64,000 bases of DNA from Octopus sinensis (GCF_006345805.1 NW_021833065.1:434001-498000); one strand, 5' to 3'; positions 13,084 to 26,701 are shown, numbered from the stretch's first letter. Translations and numbers: made by a program. The notes: a model not told the origin generated them from the sequence alone.

Positions 13084-13340
13084 GTAATAACATCTTATAT
13101 TCTGTTAAAGATTTTGCAGGGTGATTTTTAGGATCTCTTGTGACGGAAAATGCACTTTTAGGTGATTTCTCATAGGTTTATTCTACACCCATAGGAGCAC
13201 TCATTTGTATACTGTGCTCCTATTGTCTGCCACAGAGTTTTATCTACTTATTGTGCATGCTTGTTGACAGGTAGGTAGACTACATGATATATATATTCAG
13301 TGTTTTTTACTGGAAACTATCTTTTTATATATATATATAT

Positions 13341-15215
13341 CATCATCATCATCGTTTAGCGTCCGCTTTCCATGCTAGCATGGGTTGGACGGTTCAACTG
13401 GGATCTGGGAAGCCAGAAGGCTGCACCAGGCTCAGTCTGCTCTGGCAATGTTTCTACGCCTGGATGCCCTTCCTAACGCCAACCACTCCGTGAGTGTAGT
13501 GGGTGCTTTTTACATGCCACCTGCACAGGTGTCAGACGAGGTTGGCAAATGGCCACAATCGGATGGTGCTTTTTAGTGCCACCAGCACGGGGGCCAGGCG
13601 AGGCTGGCAACGGCCACGAACGGATGGTGCTTTTTACGTGCCACCGGCACGAGGCCAGTCGGGGCAGCGCTGGCAACGGCCACGTTTGGATGATTCTCTT
13701 ACGTGCCACCGGCACTGGTATCACAGCTGCAATTTCCATTGATGTTGATCAATTTCAATTCCGATTCTCACTTGCCTCAACAAGTCTTCACAAGTAGAGT
13801 TTTGTGTCCCAAGAAGGAAAGGTATGCATAAGTGGACTGGCTACATCCTATGTAGAGGCCACGGGTTATGATCTCACTTGTCCTGCCGGGTCTTCTCACG
13901 CACAGCATACTTCCAAAGGTCTCGGTCTCTAGTCATTTCCTCAGTGAGACCTAAAGTTCGAAGGTCGTGCTTCACCAGGTTTTCCTGGGTCTGCCTCTTC
14001 CACAGGTTCCCTCAACCGCTAGGGTGTTGCACTTTTTCATACAACTATCTTCATCCATTCTCGCCACATGACCATACCAGCGCAAACATCTCTCTTGCAC
14101 ACCACAACTGATGCTTCTTAGGTCTAGCTTTTCTCTCAAGGTACTTACACTCTGTCGAGTATGAACACTGACATTACACATCCATTGGAGCATACTGGCT
14201 TCATTTCTTGCGAGCTTACGCATATCCTCAGCAGTCACCCATGTTTCCCTGCCATGTAGCATGGCTGTTCGTACACACGCATCATACAGTCTGCCTTTTA
14301 CTCTGAGCGAGAGGCCTTTTGTCACCAGCAGAGGTAAGAGCTCTCTGAACTTTGCCCAAGCTATTCTTACTCTAGCAGTTACACTTTCAGCACACCCGCC
14401 CCCGCTATTGACTTGGTCACCTAGGTAATGGAAGCTATCAACTATTTCTAGTTTTTCTCCATAGAATGTGGCAGAATTTGGTCTCAGAGCATTTTCAGTG
14501 TTTATTACTCCTGAGCATCTGCCACATACAAAAACTATCTTCCTAGTTAGCCTTCCTTTGACATTGCTGCACCTCTTATGTGTCCATAGCTTACACTTGG
14601 TGCATCTTATAGAGTTTCTACCTACACCTTTTCTATAGATCAAGCAGGGCCATCTACCTGAAGGCGTTTGTGATTTGTCTACCTTCCTACTTATTAGGAC
14701 TTTGGTTTTAGCTAGAGTGACTCTAAGGCCCTTCGATTCTAATCCTTGCTTCCACACCTGAAACTTCTCCTCCAGTTCTGATAGTGACTCAGCAATTAGA
14801 GCAAGGTCATCAGCATAGAGGAGCTCTTAGGGGAATCCTGTCTTGAATTCCTCCGTTATTGCCTGGAGGACTATGATAAATAGGAGGGGCTGAGGACTGA
14901 GCCTAGGTGGACCCCTACCTCTACCCGGAATTCTTCACTGTACTTGCAGAACATTGGCAAATTTTTTCTTATCTGCTTCCCCTCTGGCTAGATAGACCTG
15001 TCTCCTAGCTTCCCTTTTGGCAGTCTGATACAATTCCCTGCTACCACCATTCTTCCAGTCCTTCCAAGCCTGTCTCTTTTCTCTAATAGCCCTGTCTACA
15101 ACATTGTTCCACCACCACGTTACCTTGGGACGAGAGGGGACTTTGCACCAGCCACAGATCTGGTCAGTGGCTCTCAGCAGGTTGTCCCTTAGAAACGTCC
15201 AGTTGTCTTCTATAT
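13341..15215 (-). mobile_element. RTE-clade LINE 3' part (RT C-terminal half, Cys-rich insert, 3' UTR), internally deleted
   Basis: LLYADDL at ~14800-14825; ORF 13972-14757 GLRVTLAKTK..FHYLGD..RLYDACVRTAMLHG..LRWYGHVARM..GRGRPRKTW; (cat)n tail at 13341. Confidence 0.9.
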
Positions 15216-15334
15216 ATTGAGGAACTTTCTATCAATATATTTGGTTAAACCCAGTTGGCATCTGAATTGTTTTTAACAATCCCTTATGAGGATATTACTT
15301 CCCCTAATGAAGGTCATAGCCTAACTAATTAGGG

Positions 15335-15690
15335 AGAGAGTCAGCCTAGATGAGATGCAGTTTGGGTTCATGCCAGGGAAAAGCACTACTGACGCTATAT
15401 TTCTGGTAAGACAGCTGCAGGAGAAATACCTAGCCAAAGATAAACCTCTGTACCTGGCTTTCATTGCCATAGAGAAAGCCTTTGTCAGGGTCCCCCGATG
15501 CCTTATCTGGTGGGCAATGAGGAAACTAGGGATAGATGAATGGTTAGTGAGAGCTGTGCAAACCATGTACAGGGGTGCTGTCAATAAGGTGAGGGTTGGC
15601 AATGAGTACAGTGAAGAATTCCAAGTAGAGGTAGGGTCCACCAAGGATCAGCTCTCAGCCCCCTCTTATTCATCATAGTCCACTAGGTAA
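15335..15690 (+). mobile_element. RTE LINE RT fragment (opposite orientation)
   Basis: QFGFMPGKSTTDAIFLVRQLQEKYLAKDKPLYLAF..EKAF.RVPR. Confidence 0.85.
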
Positions 15691-15798
15691 ATTTGTCTTC
15701 AAGGCTCATTGTATTTTTCTATTGATAATAGGCTGAGCCTTTGTGATATAATAGATCATCCTTCTTTTTCTAATAAATTTTTTATCTGCAATGGCTGA

Positions 15799-16070
15799 TT
15801 AGGTTTGTCCACAAGTAGCATCAATGCTAACAGACCAGACACACGTATTCTTTAGCTTGTAAGGGGTTAGTCCTGACCTGGAGATGATTGATCTTGCAGT
15901 GTTCAAAGCTGCCTTAATTCTATGTAGTACTTTGCCTCTCTGACAGGATAAGTGCTTTTTCCATTTGTCAATGAAAACATCACATACTTTCAGATTGCAT
16001 TTCAAAATGTCCTTATACCTTTTATGCTGACCTCCTTGGCTCTTCCATTCAAGCAATACATCTCATTCAC
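15799..16070 (-). mobile_element. Old RTE/BovB-type LINE 3' fragment
   Basis: GGQHKRYKDILKCNLK motif typical of RTE ORF C-termini. Confidence 0.55.
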
Positions 16071-16715
16071 CAGAGCTTACCCTTCATGAAGAGAGCTTTG
16101 ATCTTTTCAATTTTGTATAACTCAAATATAGTTAAGTACCTTGTCCTATGAGACAGCACAAATTTTCCAAAGCATCTTAAATGGAACTAATCTTTTTTTT
16201 TTCTCTATTTTCGTATGTTGGCAGTATTATGTTCAAGTCTCACTACTATATTGCAGCATGGTTAGAACTGTCTATATACTCTGGTCTTCATGCTAAGACA
16301 GATTCCATGAACTAACCAGTTTGCAGTGCATTCTTCTGAAGGTGATGCTTGCTTTCCCTCAGCACTGTAATTGTTTATTATGCAGGCATCAGAGAATGCT
16401 GCTCCTATTTTGTAGTCATTTTTTTATGCAATGATCCTAGTTGTTTTCAGGGACTATAGTAAAACAATCATGATCGAATTCAAGAAAGAGAACTGTCTTC
16501 ACCTTCAAACACCTCAAAACTTGATGAAAGTCTTATTTCTGCTTGTGTATAAGCTCCATAATACTGATGGCCTACTCAGAGCAACCATTTGCTATGGTCT
16601 CACCACCAAAATTAAGACAGAAGTTATATTTTACAGTTTATTTGGAGTAATGACTTAACTCATATCCTGCTTGACAGGCTACTTGCACATGGCTTGCAGA
16701 GTTCTCTCTCTTTTT

Positions 16716-17124
16716 CTTTTACTCTTTTTATTTGTTTCAGTCATTTGACTGCGGCCATGCTGGAGCACCGCCTTTAATCGTGCAAATCGACCCCGGGACT
16801 TATTCTTTGTAAGCCCAGTACTTATTCTATCGGTCTCTTTTGCCGAACCGCTAGGTGACGGGGACGTAAACACACCAGCATCAGTTGTCAAGCAATGCTA
16901 GGGGGACAAACACAGACACACAAACATATACACACACTTACATATATATATATACATATATACGACAGGCTTCTTTCAGTTTCCGTCTACCAAATCCACT
17001 CACAAGGCTTTGGTAGGCCTGAGGCTATAGCAGAAGACACTTGCCCAAGATGCCACGCAGTGGGACTGAACCCGGAACCATGTGGTTGGTTAGCAAGCTA
17101 CTTACCACACAACCACTCCTGCGC
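16716..17124 (-). mobile_element. tRNA-derived SINE (family B, CORE-like body, internal CA/TA tract)
   Basis: Minus-strand head gcgcaggagtgg.tgtgtggtaag..ccgggttcagtcccac; nearly identical copy at 43982-44370. Confidence 0.85.
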
Positions 17125-17396
17125 TTTCATTTGTTTCTTCCTCATTTGGCATGGTTTTTACAGCTGGATGCTATTTCTAACACTAATGTGCATTTTATGC
17201 CACCAGCAGTACAGAACTTGGTTATGGCCGGACTTTAAGATACTTTCTCTTCTGTATCTGTTTATATTCAGAGACAGGTTTCTTGTGTGCAGCTTGCAGA
17301 ACCTCTCTTTTGATCTCTCTGACATTGAGAGGCTTACCTATTATTTTCCAAAATGATACACTGATCTTTTTTTATTTCATTTACATCTATTTACAG

Positions 17397-17607
17397 CAAT
17401 GACTCTGCCCAATGTAGTGAGGAAGGAGAAAGGGAAAATAAAACTTCAAATAACTTAATCGTGGAAAAAGTAAAAGAAACTGTAAATAATTATCATAAAG
17501 CTGCTTCCTCAACTCCAAAAATGAATGGACATCATATCGAAGTAGATAAGACTACAAACACAGTTAACAAAAACGGCAAATCTAATATACACATTCATAA
17601 TAAAAAG
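17397..17607 (+). CDS. Lysine-rich protein exon 4
   Basis: tttacag acceptor; SNDSAQCSEEGERENK...NIHIHNKK; AAG|gtaagg donor. Confidence 0.85.
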
Positions 17608-18356
17608 GTAAGGAGTGAAATACATGATTCAAAATTCTTTTCTTCAAATTGTGTAATGTGTAAAGTGAAGGGTTTTCTTATAATAGTAACTTTCCCTATA
17701 AAGATTTGATTCCATAGAATAGTTTGACTTTATTAAGGTGGTTCTTTTAATATAAAAGAAGGTAGGGTGGTGATTTAAATTTAGTTTTGCTTGTATGTTT
17801 TGTTCATTACATTACTTAAGGTGTTCTTCCCTTGGATAGAATTCAGGTTTTTTGAGTGTCCACTGGTGCTCTTAATAAAATGCTCTCCTTGCTTACAATG
17901 ATGTGTTATGCTTCATCACAATACCTACTCTGTTATTTACTGAACATAGAAACCTAAAGGTAAAACAGATGCCTGGGAGTAACATCTACCCTCTTCATTC
18001 TGATACCCTGGAACCACTGAAGATGAGGAAACATCTTGTCACAGCTTACTGCAACAGAGAAGCTATAAACTGTTTTTTTAGCTAGCAGTCCAACATCTTC
18101 ACAATATGAGCACATTAACTCTCACTGTATTTCATAATGTAATTCCATTTTTTTTTGTCTTTTAACAGAAATATAACCACCATCTCAGTATTCTTTTGTC
18201 CCAAATAAACTGAACTTCTTTTCATCTGAAAGTATAAAAGCATATGTTCATGATTTTGTAAAAAGAAAACAAAGATTCATTTGATTATATATTGTACTGG
18301 CATCAAAAGTAAAATTGGTGAGGAGGTGGCATTATACTATAGTGTAACATATATAT

Positions 18357-18571
18357 TCTTTTCTACTCTAGGCACAAGGCCTGAAATTTTTGGGGAGAGG
18401 GGCCAGTCGATTAGATTGATCCCAGTATGCAACTGGTACTTAATTTATCAACCCTGAAAGGATGAAAGGCAAAGTCAACCATGGCAAAATTTGAACTCAG
18501 AACGTACAGACAGACGAAATACTGCTAAGTATTTCGCCCAATGTGCTAACGTTTCTGCCAGCTCGCCACCT
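18357..18571 (-). mobile_element. SINE family A with TSD
   Basis: Reverse complement of 613-820; TSD tagtgtaacatatatat on both sides. Confidence 0.85.
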
Positions 18572-18589
18572 TAGTGTAACATATATATA

Positions 18590-18912
18590 TTACTGAGAAT
18601 ATGTAGGGGGAAATTAGGATAAACACAAGCTTAGTTATTGTTTATTCATGTTTCAGTGTTAAAGTCAGTATAGCTTCACCATTAGGGAGCAAGTTATATT
18701 TTGTGTGTACAGTTAGATGCATGACAACTACGAGTTAGAGCTCCACATAGATTATCATTATCTCATACAGTACTAGTTGTACATCTAACTGTAAACACAA
18801 CATATAACTTGCTCCCAAATAATGGAGCTCTGCTGACTTCAACACTGAAACATGGATAAACACTACCTAGGCTTGTGTTTATCTTAATTTTCTTCTACAT
18901 ATGCTCTGTATA
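18590..18912. repeat. Foldback element with ~140-bp imperfect inverted arms
   Basis: gataaacacaagc..catgtttcagtgtt..gggagcaagttatat..acagttagatg mirrored by catctaactgt..atataacttgctccc..aacactgaaacatg..gcttgtgtttatc; partial third copy at ~18965-19040. Confidence 0.8.
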
Positions 18913-19969
18913 TTACAACTAGTAACACTACTAAGTACACTGGTAGACTAAGCACCATACTAGAAGTTGACTGGATAATGATAATCAACTTGGAATACTC
19001 ACTCTTATGATAGTGTTTGCACATCTAACTGTACATATGTATTACTGATTTTTAGGTACAAAAAAGTGGGGGCCCATACTGATGTCCATTTCTGAAATTA
19101 GAATCAGTAATATATATATATATATATATATATATTGTTTTGATAAATAAATAAATCAACATTCTAATATCCTAAAGCTGATAAACCAACTAATGTGTTT
19201 CTCCATTTTCTTATTTGTAATATATATATATAAGCAATTATACCTGTTCCTCTTCAAAAATTAAGTTTGAGCTTAAAAGAAAGAATATTGAGAGAAACAA
19301 TGTTGGTTTGTGTCAATGCCCTTAGAAAGTAATTTAGAAATATTGTGCTAATGGCTGTATAGTCAAGCAGTTTGCCTTGCAGCCACAATTTGGAGTTCAA
19401 TTTCTCTGCATGGCACTTTGAGCAAATGTTTTCTGTCATAGTTTTGCATCACCCAAAGTCCTATGGATGAAATTTGGTTGAAGGAAACCATGCAGAAGCC
19501 TGCTGTGTATATATATATATATATCAGTAAGATATGGCAAAAATTAGTGCACAAAATGAAAATACCATGTAGCATTTTAACTCAGCTCTGTAATGTCCCT
19601 TTATGTCTTCTGCCTTTGCCTCTAAGCTTCCTCCAAGGACAAAATAAATATCAAAGTATTAGGATTGATGTGATTGACCGAAAAACCTTTGAAGGCAGTG
19701 CCTCAGCACGTCCACAACATAATAACTGAAGCCAATAAAAAAAATTTCATTTCCAATTGAAATGATGTCTCCATCTTCATTATATTACAATATATGAGAG
19801 AATAAAATGAAAAAGGGTAAATTAGTATCAAGGGGAAGCTGGTATATCCCAGCTTTCTTCATTTCAGAATTCTTCTTTCAGATTCGACAAAGCAGGTGCC
19901 AGAAGAAAAATTGCTTTTTGCCTTGTGAAAAGAAATCACTATATGTCTCCCCAAATTTAACTTTTTCAG

Positions 19970-20086
19970 CAAAATTGCTTACAAACACAGACAAAACAAG
20001 AGGCTTCAGCTGTTATATTAAAAAAGAAAAAAAAGAAGCGAAGTAAACAGAAAAATCTTAAGAAAGACAACAGACCAGATCATTTG
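19970..20086 (+). CDS. Lysine-rich protein exon 5
   Basis: ctttttcag acceptor; QNCLQTQTKQEASAVILKKKKKKRSKQKNLKKDNRPDHL; TTG|gtaagc donor. Confidence 0.8.
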
Positions 20087-20939
20087 GTAAGCAGTATTGT
20101 ATATTCAATTAAATCTTTTTATATGACTAAGACTTATTTATACTGAAACTGATACATCCCAATGGTAATATTGTAAATATATTTTTGTATAATGATGAGT
20201 TTCAATTTCATTGTTTCTTTCATTGTAAAAATTTACTACAAATCAAGAAAATATAACACCCCACCTCTTACTTCCCTTGAATAGTAATGCAATTCAAACC
20301 CTCAAAGTCACTCTGAATGTTAAGCCAAGGGTCTCCACTGGTAAATGCACATCTTCAACATGATGATTGGCCTTCCTCTTCAGAGCCAGTAAATATTTCA
20401 GCCCCCAACAACTTACCTTCTAAAAAGCTCAGTTGAGATGGGCATGTACCACTACAAACATCCATCATAGATAGCACATAGCATTAAAAAAAAACAAAAA
20501 ACAAGCCATCTGACGAATTGGCTCATCGATGTGCTGTCTCCTCTTTCTACCACTACCATAGTGTCTTTTATTATTCGGAGTCCACTAGTCTGGAGCCACC
20601 CCACTCATGAGCTCTTAATTCACTTACCATCTAATGCATACCAGCATGGAATGTTAACATTAAATGATGGTGGTGACTGTTTCCCCACACTCTGCCAACC
20701 ACTAATCCTAGTCCTTTCCTCCCTGCAACCATCAAATGCATGTCTCATCAGTTTCCATAGGCCTGCAAAGACTATATGTCAGACCTTATTTCTTTAGATG
20801 GGACCCACCTCCCCCCATCTGTTTCATATTTTTATTATATTTACAATAGTGAATATTTCCACATTTATATGTATCATAAAGTCATTCGTTATCATCATTT
20901 AACATCTACTTTTGCATGGAGGCTATAGAAGCAGAATTT

Positions 20940-21075
20940 AAGGCGGCGAGCTGGCAGAAATGTTAGCATGCCGGGCGAAATGCAAGTACCAGTTATGCAC
21001 TGGGGTTGATGTAATTGACTTAATCCCTTTGTCTGTCCCCTCTGTGTTTAGCCCCTTGTGGGTAGTAAAGAAATA
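20940..21075 (+). mobile_element. Internally deleted SINE family A
   Basis: Head joined directly to the aagtaccagtt tail; TSD tatagaagcagaattt. Confidence 0.75.
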
Positions 21076-21951
21076 TATAGAAGCAGAATTTTCTACACTG
21101 ATAGCCATTATGATTTCATACCTTGGTACAAGGCCACAAATTTGTTGAGGAATTTTGTAGCCAGTTGAATTAATCTGGAGTACTTTTAGTGGAGTCTACT
21201 CTGTTGCAAGCATTCAGGACTGGTCTCTGGTTTGAGGATGGCTTCTGCCTTCCCACCAGTCTTGGAGGCCATGTAAAGGGTCACAGGCAATGCCTTCCCT
21301 CCAAACTATAAAAGTTACAAATCAAAACTACATAGTGTATCCCAGATTACATTATCCAATGTGTCTTTCTCCTTTCTGTAGGATGTGCTTTGAGGAAAAT
21401 TTGGCTTGTTATTTCTAGCAGGTTGAGCAGTCATGTAGAAAGTTACCTGTTGCAATACAAGTTGCAGGATCAAGTGTTTTTACAGCACAAATACATTCTC
21501 CTAATATTAACTACTTAGTTACAAAGTGGGAGTGGCATCTAATTATCAGTTGGTTAGACTGAGGCATAATATTCTTGGCTAAAGTGCATAACAATAGATG
21601 TAGCAAAGTCTGAACTCATGACTTTGCAGTTATAATCCTAACGTAAATAAGTACCTGTTCATCAACAGGATTGTTGATGTGTGATACCAGGTTTTCCATG
21701 CTACCATACAAAGTTTCTTCATGCATCTTGTCTTGGGTAAGTTGGTTGGTAAAGTCCAAGCCTTACTTGATATATTATCACTCGTGCCATTCTTCTATCA
21801 TTCTTGATTTGTTTGAATTACTTGTTAAAACCAGTCTGGCTATCACTTCTGATACCCAGATAATTACTTAAACCAATTGTGCATAAATAAACTCTTGGTG
21901 TGTGTGTGCTTGTATATATATAATACATTTTAATTTTTTTCTTTTATATAG

Positions 21952-21996
21952 AAACCTTCCACCAACCAAGTCAAGAGTCTCAATCAAAAAGTTTGA
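21952..21996 (+). CDS. Lysine-rich protein exon 6 (terminal)
   Basis: Pyrimidine tract + tag acceptor; KPSTNQVKSLNQKV*; AATAAA 26 nt downstream. Confidence 0.8.
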   Translation, partial: KPSTNQVKSLNQKV

Positions 21997-22021
21997 AAAC
22001 TATAAATTGTATTATATTTTT

Positions 22022-22027
22022 AATAAA
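22022..22027 (+). promoter_or_regulatory. Polyadenylation signal of the plus-strand gene
   Basis: AATAAA after the stop codon, followed by a T-rich downstream tract. Confidence 0.6.
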
Positions 22028-23329
22028 AAGTAAAATATTTTTAAATAATCTGAATCTTGTTTTTTTTTTTTTTCTTTTTCAATATCAGTAAAGTCTCTTT
22101 TCATTTCCAGCATGAAAAAATTAAGGACAATGTCAATGCAACAACCAATCACCAAAGCCATTTAATATAGTATAACATTAAAAAAACTCATAACCAGGCA
22201 ATTATTAATACTGTAAGATATTTTTTGGAGAAGACTGTTCATCCCAAGTGTCTTGCCTATATTCAGTCATTTCAAATCTACTATACTTAAAACTAGTCAG
22301 TTTTCCCCTCTGTCTGGTGAATGTAACAATTGCTTTAGTTTTCCTTTCCAACAAAAATGTCTTATGATCAAAAAACAACACTTGACTAAAGGATGAAGAA
22401 AAAAAAGTTTCTATCCTATGGGGATTTTCAGAAAAAGTGAGAATAACAAAGATAAAGGGTTATACAAGGAAAGGGCATTTAATTAGGTTGAAAAATGCTA
22501 GAGGGTTAAGTTGTTTCCCAAGTATTTCCTTTTAACCCTTTCACTGCAAAATTAAATTTCATAGTTATTCCAGTAATTATGTTAAATATCTACAAAAAAT
22601 AGAATTGCTATTTTCTGCAAGTTACATTGCCACTCAATAAACTTGCCATTAAGGATAATGAAAGTTTGAGTGGATATATATCTGATTTCTGCAGAAAGAA
22701 GGTTAACGGGGAGATGACAGAAATGTTTGATATAACACCATAAAACACTTCAAAATACATTGTTTAGTAGCTTTTCTCCATTCCTAAAATTCACCTACCT
22801 TATTTTGGCATTCAATGTTGTCAGCTTCTAAGCTTGTACAAAGCTCCCTATGCTTTTTATATATGCCTCTGCTGACAGACACGGTTTTCTAAATATTCAT
22901 TGTTATCATATTGTCTGCTTTTTAGGCTTGAATGTGCTTGATGAAAAGTAGTTTTCTAACAAGTTAGGAAAAAATATCCATCAATTGCCATTTCTAACCT
23001 CATTCTTCATAAATACCAGCTGCAGGTATGTAATAAACAGCAAACAAACAAAATCTTTTGTACTCACCACTTCTAACCAATAAACCAGACTATTAACAAA
23101 TAAGTAGATGCCATCATCATTGTTTTAACATCCAGTTTTCCATGCATGCATGGGTTAGTTTACTGAAGCAGAATTTCTACAACCAGATGCCCTTCCTGTC
23201 TCTAGCCCTCACCTGTTTCCAAATAAGGTAATATTGCCCTATGATCAGACATGTTTTCACAGAATATTGTAAGATTGTAAATGACACAGCTTGTATGACC
23301 ATAACATTCATTCACAACTATCATGTGAT

Positions 23330-23502
23330 GTCAAAGCACACACATACATGAGACAAGCTTCTTTCAGTTTCTATCACCCAAATCCACTCAAAGGGCTTTG
23401 GTTGGTCCAGGGCTATAGCTCCCAAGGTTCCATGCAGTAAAACAAACCCCAAACCACGTGGTTGAGGAACAAACTTCTTAACCATACAGCCACACCTGCA
23501 CC
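23330..23502 (-). mobile_element. Degenerate SINE family B
   Basis: gcttctttcagtttc..ccaaatccactca..ggctttg..ggctatag matches 16970-17120. Confidence 0.65.
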
Positions 23503-24215
23503 TAGATGCCAATATGCCTAATAATTAATGAAGCATTAATAAGCTAACATAAAATGTCACAGAAAAAAAAGCATCATTAATAACTAATAATTTTTGCATT
23601 TTTCCAGAAAATATAGGAAAAAAGCACAAATTAATTTTGCTTTTTTGATTGTCCTTGGTGAAATGTAACTTGCCCCTCACTATAAGTTACACAAGTGTTA
23701 GCAAAGCAAATACAAAGAAATGTGTATTTGTTGCTGTAGAAACAATTTTTTTTTCAAAAATTCATTCTGTATGAGTTTACACCAACTTAGTCATCGTTTA
23801 ACAACAGATCAGTCCTGGTCAAGTACACCTGTGATCAAAAGCATTCCAGTAATGATCCCTCGTCATCTTTTTGTGTAGTATCAAAGATTACATTGTTCAA
23901 TGTATCTTTAATATGGTTGGGTGTGAATCAAAGGAGATTTGTCTCCTGTTTCTAGCAGACTGAGCAACCATGTAGTTTAGTTTATCATGCAGATGATATC
24001 TTGGAATTTGTTGATAAAAGCCGTCTTACTATATCTCATTCTCTCCAATATTAACTTCATCTGTTAGTTTCATAAGTGAATTTTATTTTCTCACCTGTGT
24101 CTTTTAGCTTTCAAATCTGTTGGTTTGACTGAGTAGTAATAGTTGTGAGTTACTGACTTTAAAAATGAAGTGTTTACATAATATAACAGTCCCAAAACAA
24201 CAGTTATTACCCAAT

Positions 24216-24451
24216 TCAAGGAGAATAATTTAATTCAAACTGCTGGCTATCAGCACACACATTGGCATGCATTTCAATAACATCTCCTGGGAATAATTCT
24301 CCACAGAGTGGACAACTAACACAATCAGAGTCCATTTCTTCAAGATCCACTCCAATATCTGTATTAGATGTAGCAGTGTGGTCCCTTGAAGATGAAAACG
24401 AATTTTTTGGAGAGGTTTTGGTATGTCTGGTTTTACCCAGAGCAAAAGAAT
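24216..24451 (-). CDS. XNDC1N: XNDC1N-like protein exon 9 (terminal; UBZ4-type zinc finger)
   Basis: tttcaatag acceptor; DSFALGK...VSCPLCGELFPGDVIEMHANVCADSQQFELNYSP*; minus-strand AATAAA at 24082-24087. Confidence 0.8.
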
Positions 24452-26212
24452 CTATTGAAATAAAAGAAAAAAAAATATTTAAGAATAAATTAAACTTTGC
24501 TGCATAACATACTTTCAAAAAAGAAGTGTAAAAATTCTGTAAGCTTACATTATCTTTGTTCTGAAAACATGCACATATGTATGCCAATTTAGAGTAAGTG
24601 CCTTGCACAGTAAATTTGGAGCTGTTCTAACAATGTAGCTATTTTAGACTGAAACAGATCTTAATACTTTGTCATCATCATCATTGTTTAACATCTGCTT
24701 TCCATGCTGGCATGGGTTGGACAGTTTGCCAGGAGCCTGCATCAGACCTCTGTGTCTGTTTTTATGGCTAGATACCCTTCCTAACACCACCCACCCAGCA
24801 GAATGGACAGTGCTTTTTATGTGCACAAGCAAGGTCAGTTTTGGCATGGTTTTTACAGCTGAATGCTCTTGCAAATGCTAACCACTTTACAGTGTGGACT
24901 GGATGCTTTTTATGTGGCATCAGCACTCACATCATCAAAATTACTTAGTTTAAGGTGACTAGATTTATTCACAAAGATCCAACCTTTTATGATCTCTGAT
25001 AACTTCAATATTTCACAGGCATTCTCATAGGACCATGCCAAACTCCAATTTCACCATCTGTAGTAGAGTGCCAGTCTAGACTAGATGAATGTATGTTGTA
25101 CATCTGATGGTTTATCAATTACCAACATTGGAATTATACGTCATCTTGTACTTAGTGAAAAAGTTATCTCAACACAATAAATCAATGATTTTCATTGTAG
25201 AACCTCTACATATTCAGATGAAATCATATATTTCTTTGGAACAAATGACTGTAACTATTTCCAAAGTAATCGAAGACTATCTTTATATAGTAAGAAAGCT
25301 ATTCAATAACAATAGAAACCATAAATTCTCTAACTGGTATACTCATTTTTGCATGATATAAAGTATCTTTGCAATAGCCCAAAGGATAATGAAAATTTCT
25401 AACAAAGTATATAGCAACCACTAGAACTACATAAAATGTGGTTACTCGGAGACAGCTCTCATTTACTAAGATGTGAAATGCCCTTAGATATAAAAAAAAA
25501 AAAGCAACTTTTTTTTGAAACCCCAGGACAGTCTGAATAAGCAGACCTATGATCAAAGGCATTTCAACTTGACCATGCTGTCTTTCTGAGTACCAGGCAA
25601 AGTATTATCTAAAGTAGCCTTTCTTCTTTAAGAAAGAAGTTTGAATGTTAATTTCAGAATGTTGAGCAACCACATAAAAACTCCCTGAAAGGCTCTTAGA
25701 CTGTAAAGGGTTAGGGCTTGTTAAAATTAATGTAATTCTAAAGATAAAGTAATGATTAAAAAGTGTTTTGCATGGTGTCTGGAAAGTGAAATACAATTAA
25801 ATATATTTAAGATCCTCTCAAATTCATGAAATGAACACAACTAAAATTCAAATTACTTGATTCTAGTTTAGAAGTAGGTGGGTATAAAAAAAAGTATCAT
25901 CATCATAACTTGCTTTTCATGCTGACAGTCTGACAGGAGCTGGAGAGCCAGAGGACTACATTGAGCTCTACTGTCTGCTCTGGTATGATCTTCCTAATGC
26001 CAACCACTTTACAGTGTATTGAGTGCATTTTTTTTTGACACCAGCACACACACACAAAAAAAATATATATATATATATTACAAGATATGTTTCCCTAATA
26101 TTTCACAATAAATAAGCTCATCTTTTCATCAGTTGTTAAGCACTTTTTTTTAGAAACTTCACTTTTAAACATATTACTACTTTGAACATGCTGTGGTTTG
26201 GTTTGAACTTAC

Positions 26213-26701
26213 CCTTTTTAATAGTCATTGCTTCTAATTTACCAGATGATATTTCACTAGAATTTAAAAAGTTGGCATTTTGAAGCAAAGGTTCAAAATT
26301 ATTATCAGATGTATTTAAGTTCTGATTCTTAGTATTAATGGTCTTTGGTAAATCTTCAGGCATATCCATCACTAACTGAAAATCACCCAAGCCTTCTTGA
26401 GTTTCTTTTGTCTCAATTGAGTTTGTTGCTTTATGTTGCAAATTGGAAAAATTACTTTTTGATGTTGAAGCAGCTGAAGGCAATGGCATGTTATTGCTTG
26501 TTGTGTTATGGTTCCTGTGTTCAATTTTAAGCCTCTTGGACTGCTGTTCTTCCTCCTTTTGGTCAATTACCTTCTCCTTTTTATGTAAGTCCCTCAAAGA
26601 AAATACACTATTGATATGGTCAGTGACTTTGGTTGCATAAGTGCTCCGCTCTTCAACAGTCAATTTCCGCTTCTTCCTCTTTTCAAACTGGTGTCGTAGA
26701 T
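26213..26701 (-). CDS. XNDC1N: XNDC1N-like protein exon 8
   Basis: cctcag acceptor; DLRHQFEKRKKRKLTVEERSTY...EAMTIKK; G|gtaagt donor. Confidence 0.85.

Noticed and set aside
18169-18213. Possible extra exon after tttaacag
   Set aside because: In-frame stop after 14 codons and no donor; exon 4 joins exon 5 directly
19807-20046. ORF-track frame or acceptors at 19867/19881 as exon 5
   Set aside because: They stop before the strong donor at 20087; the 19969 acceptor keeps the frame open into exon 6
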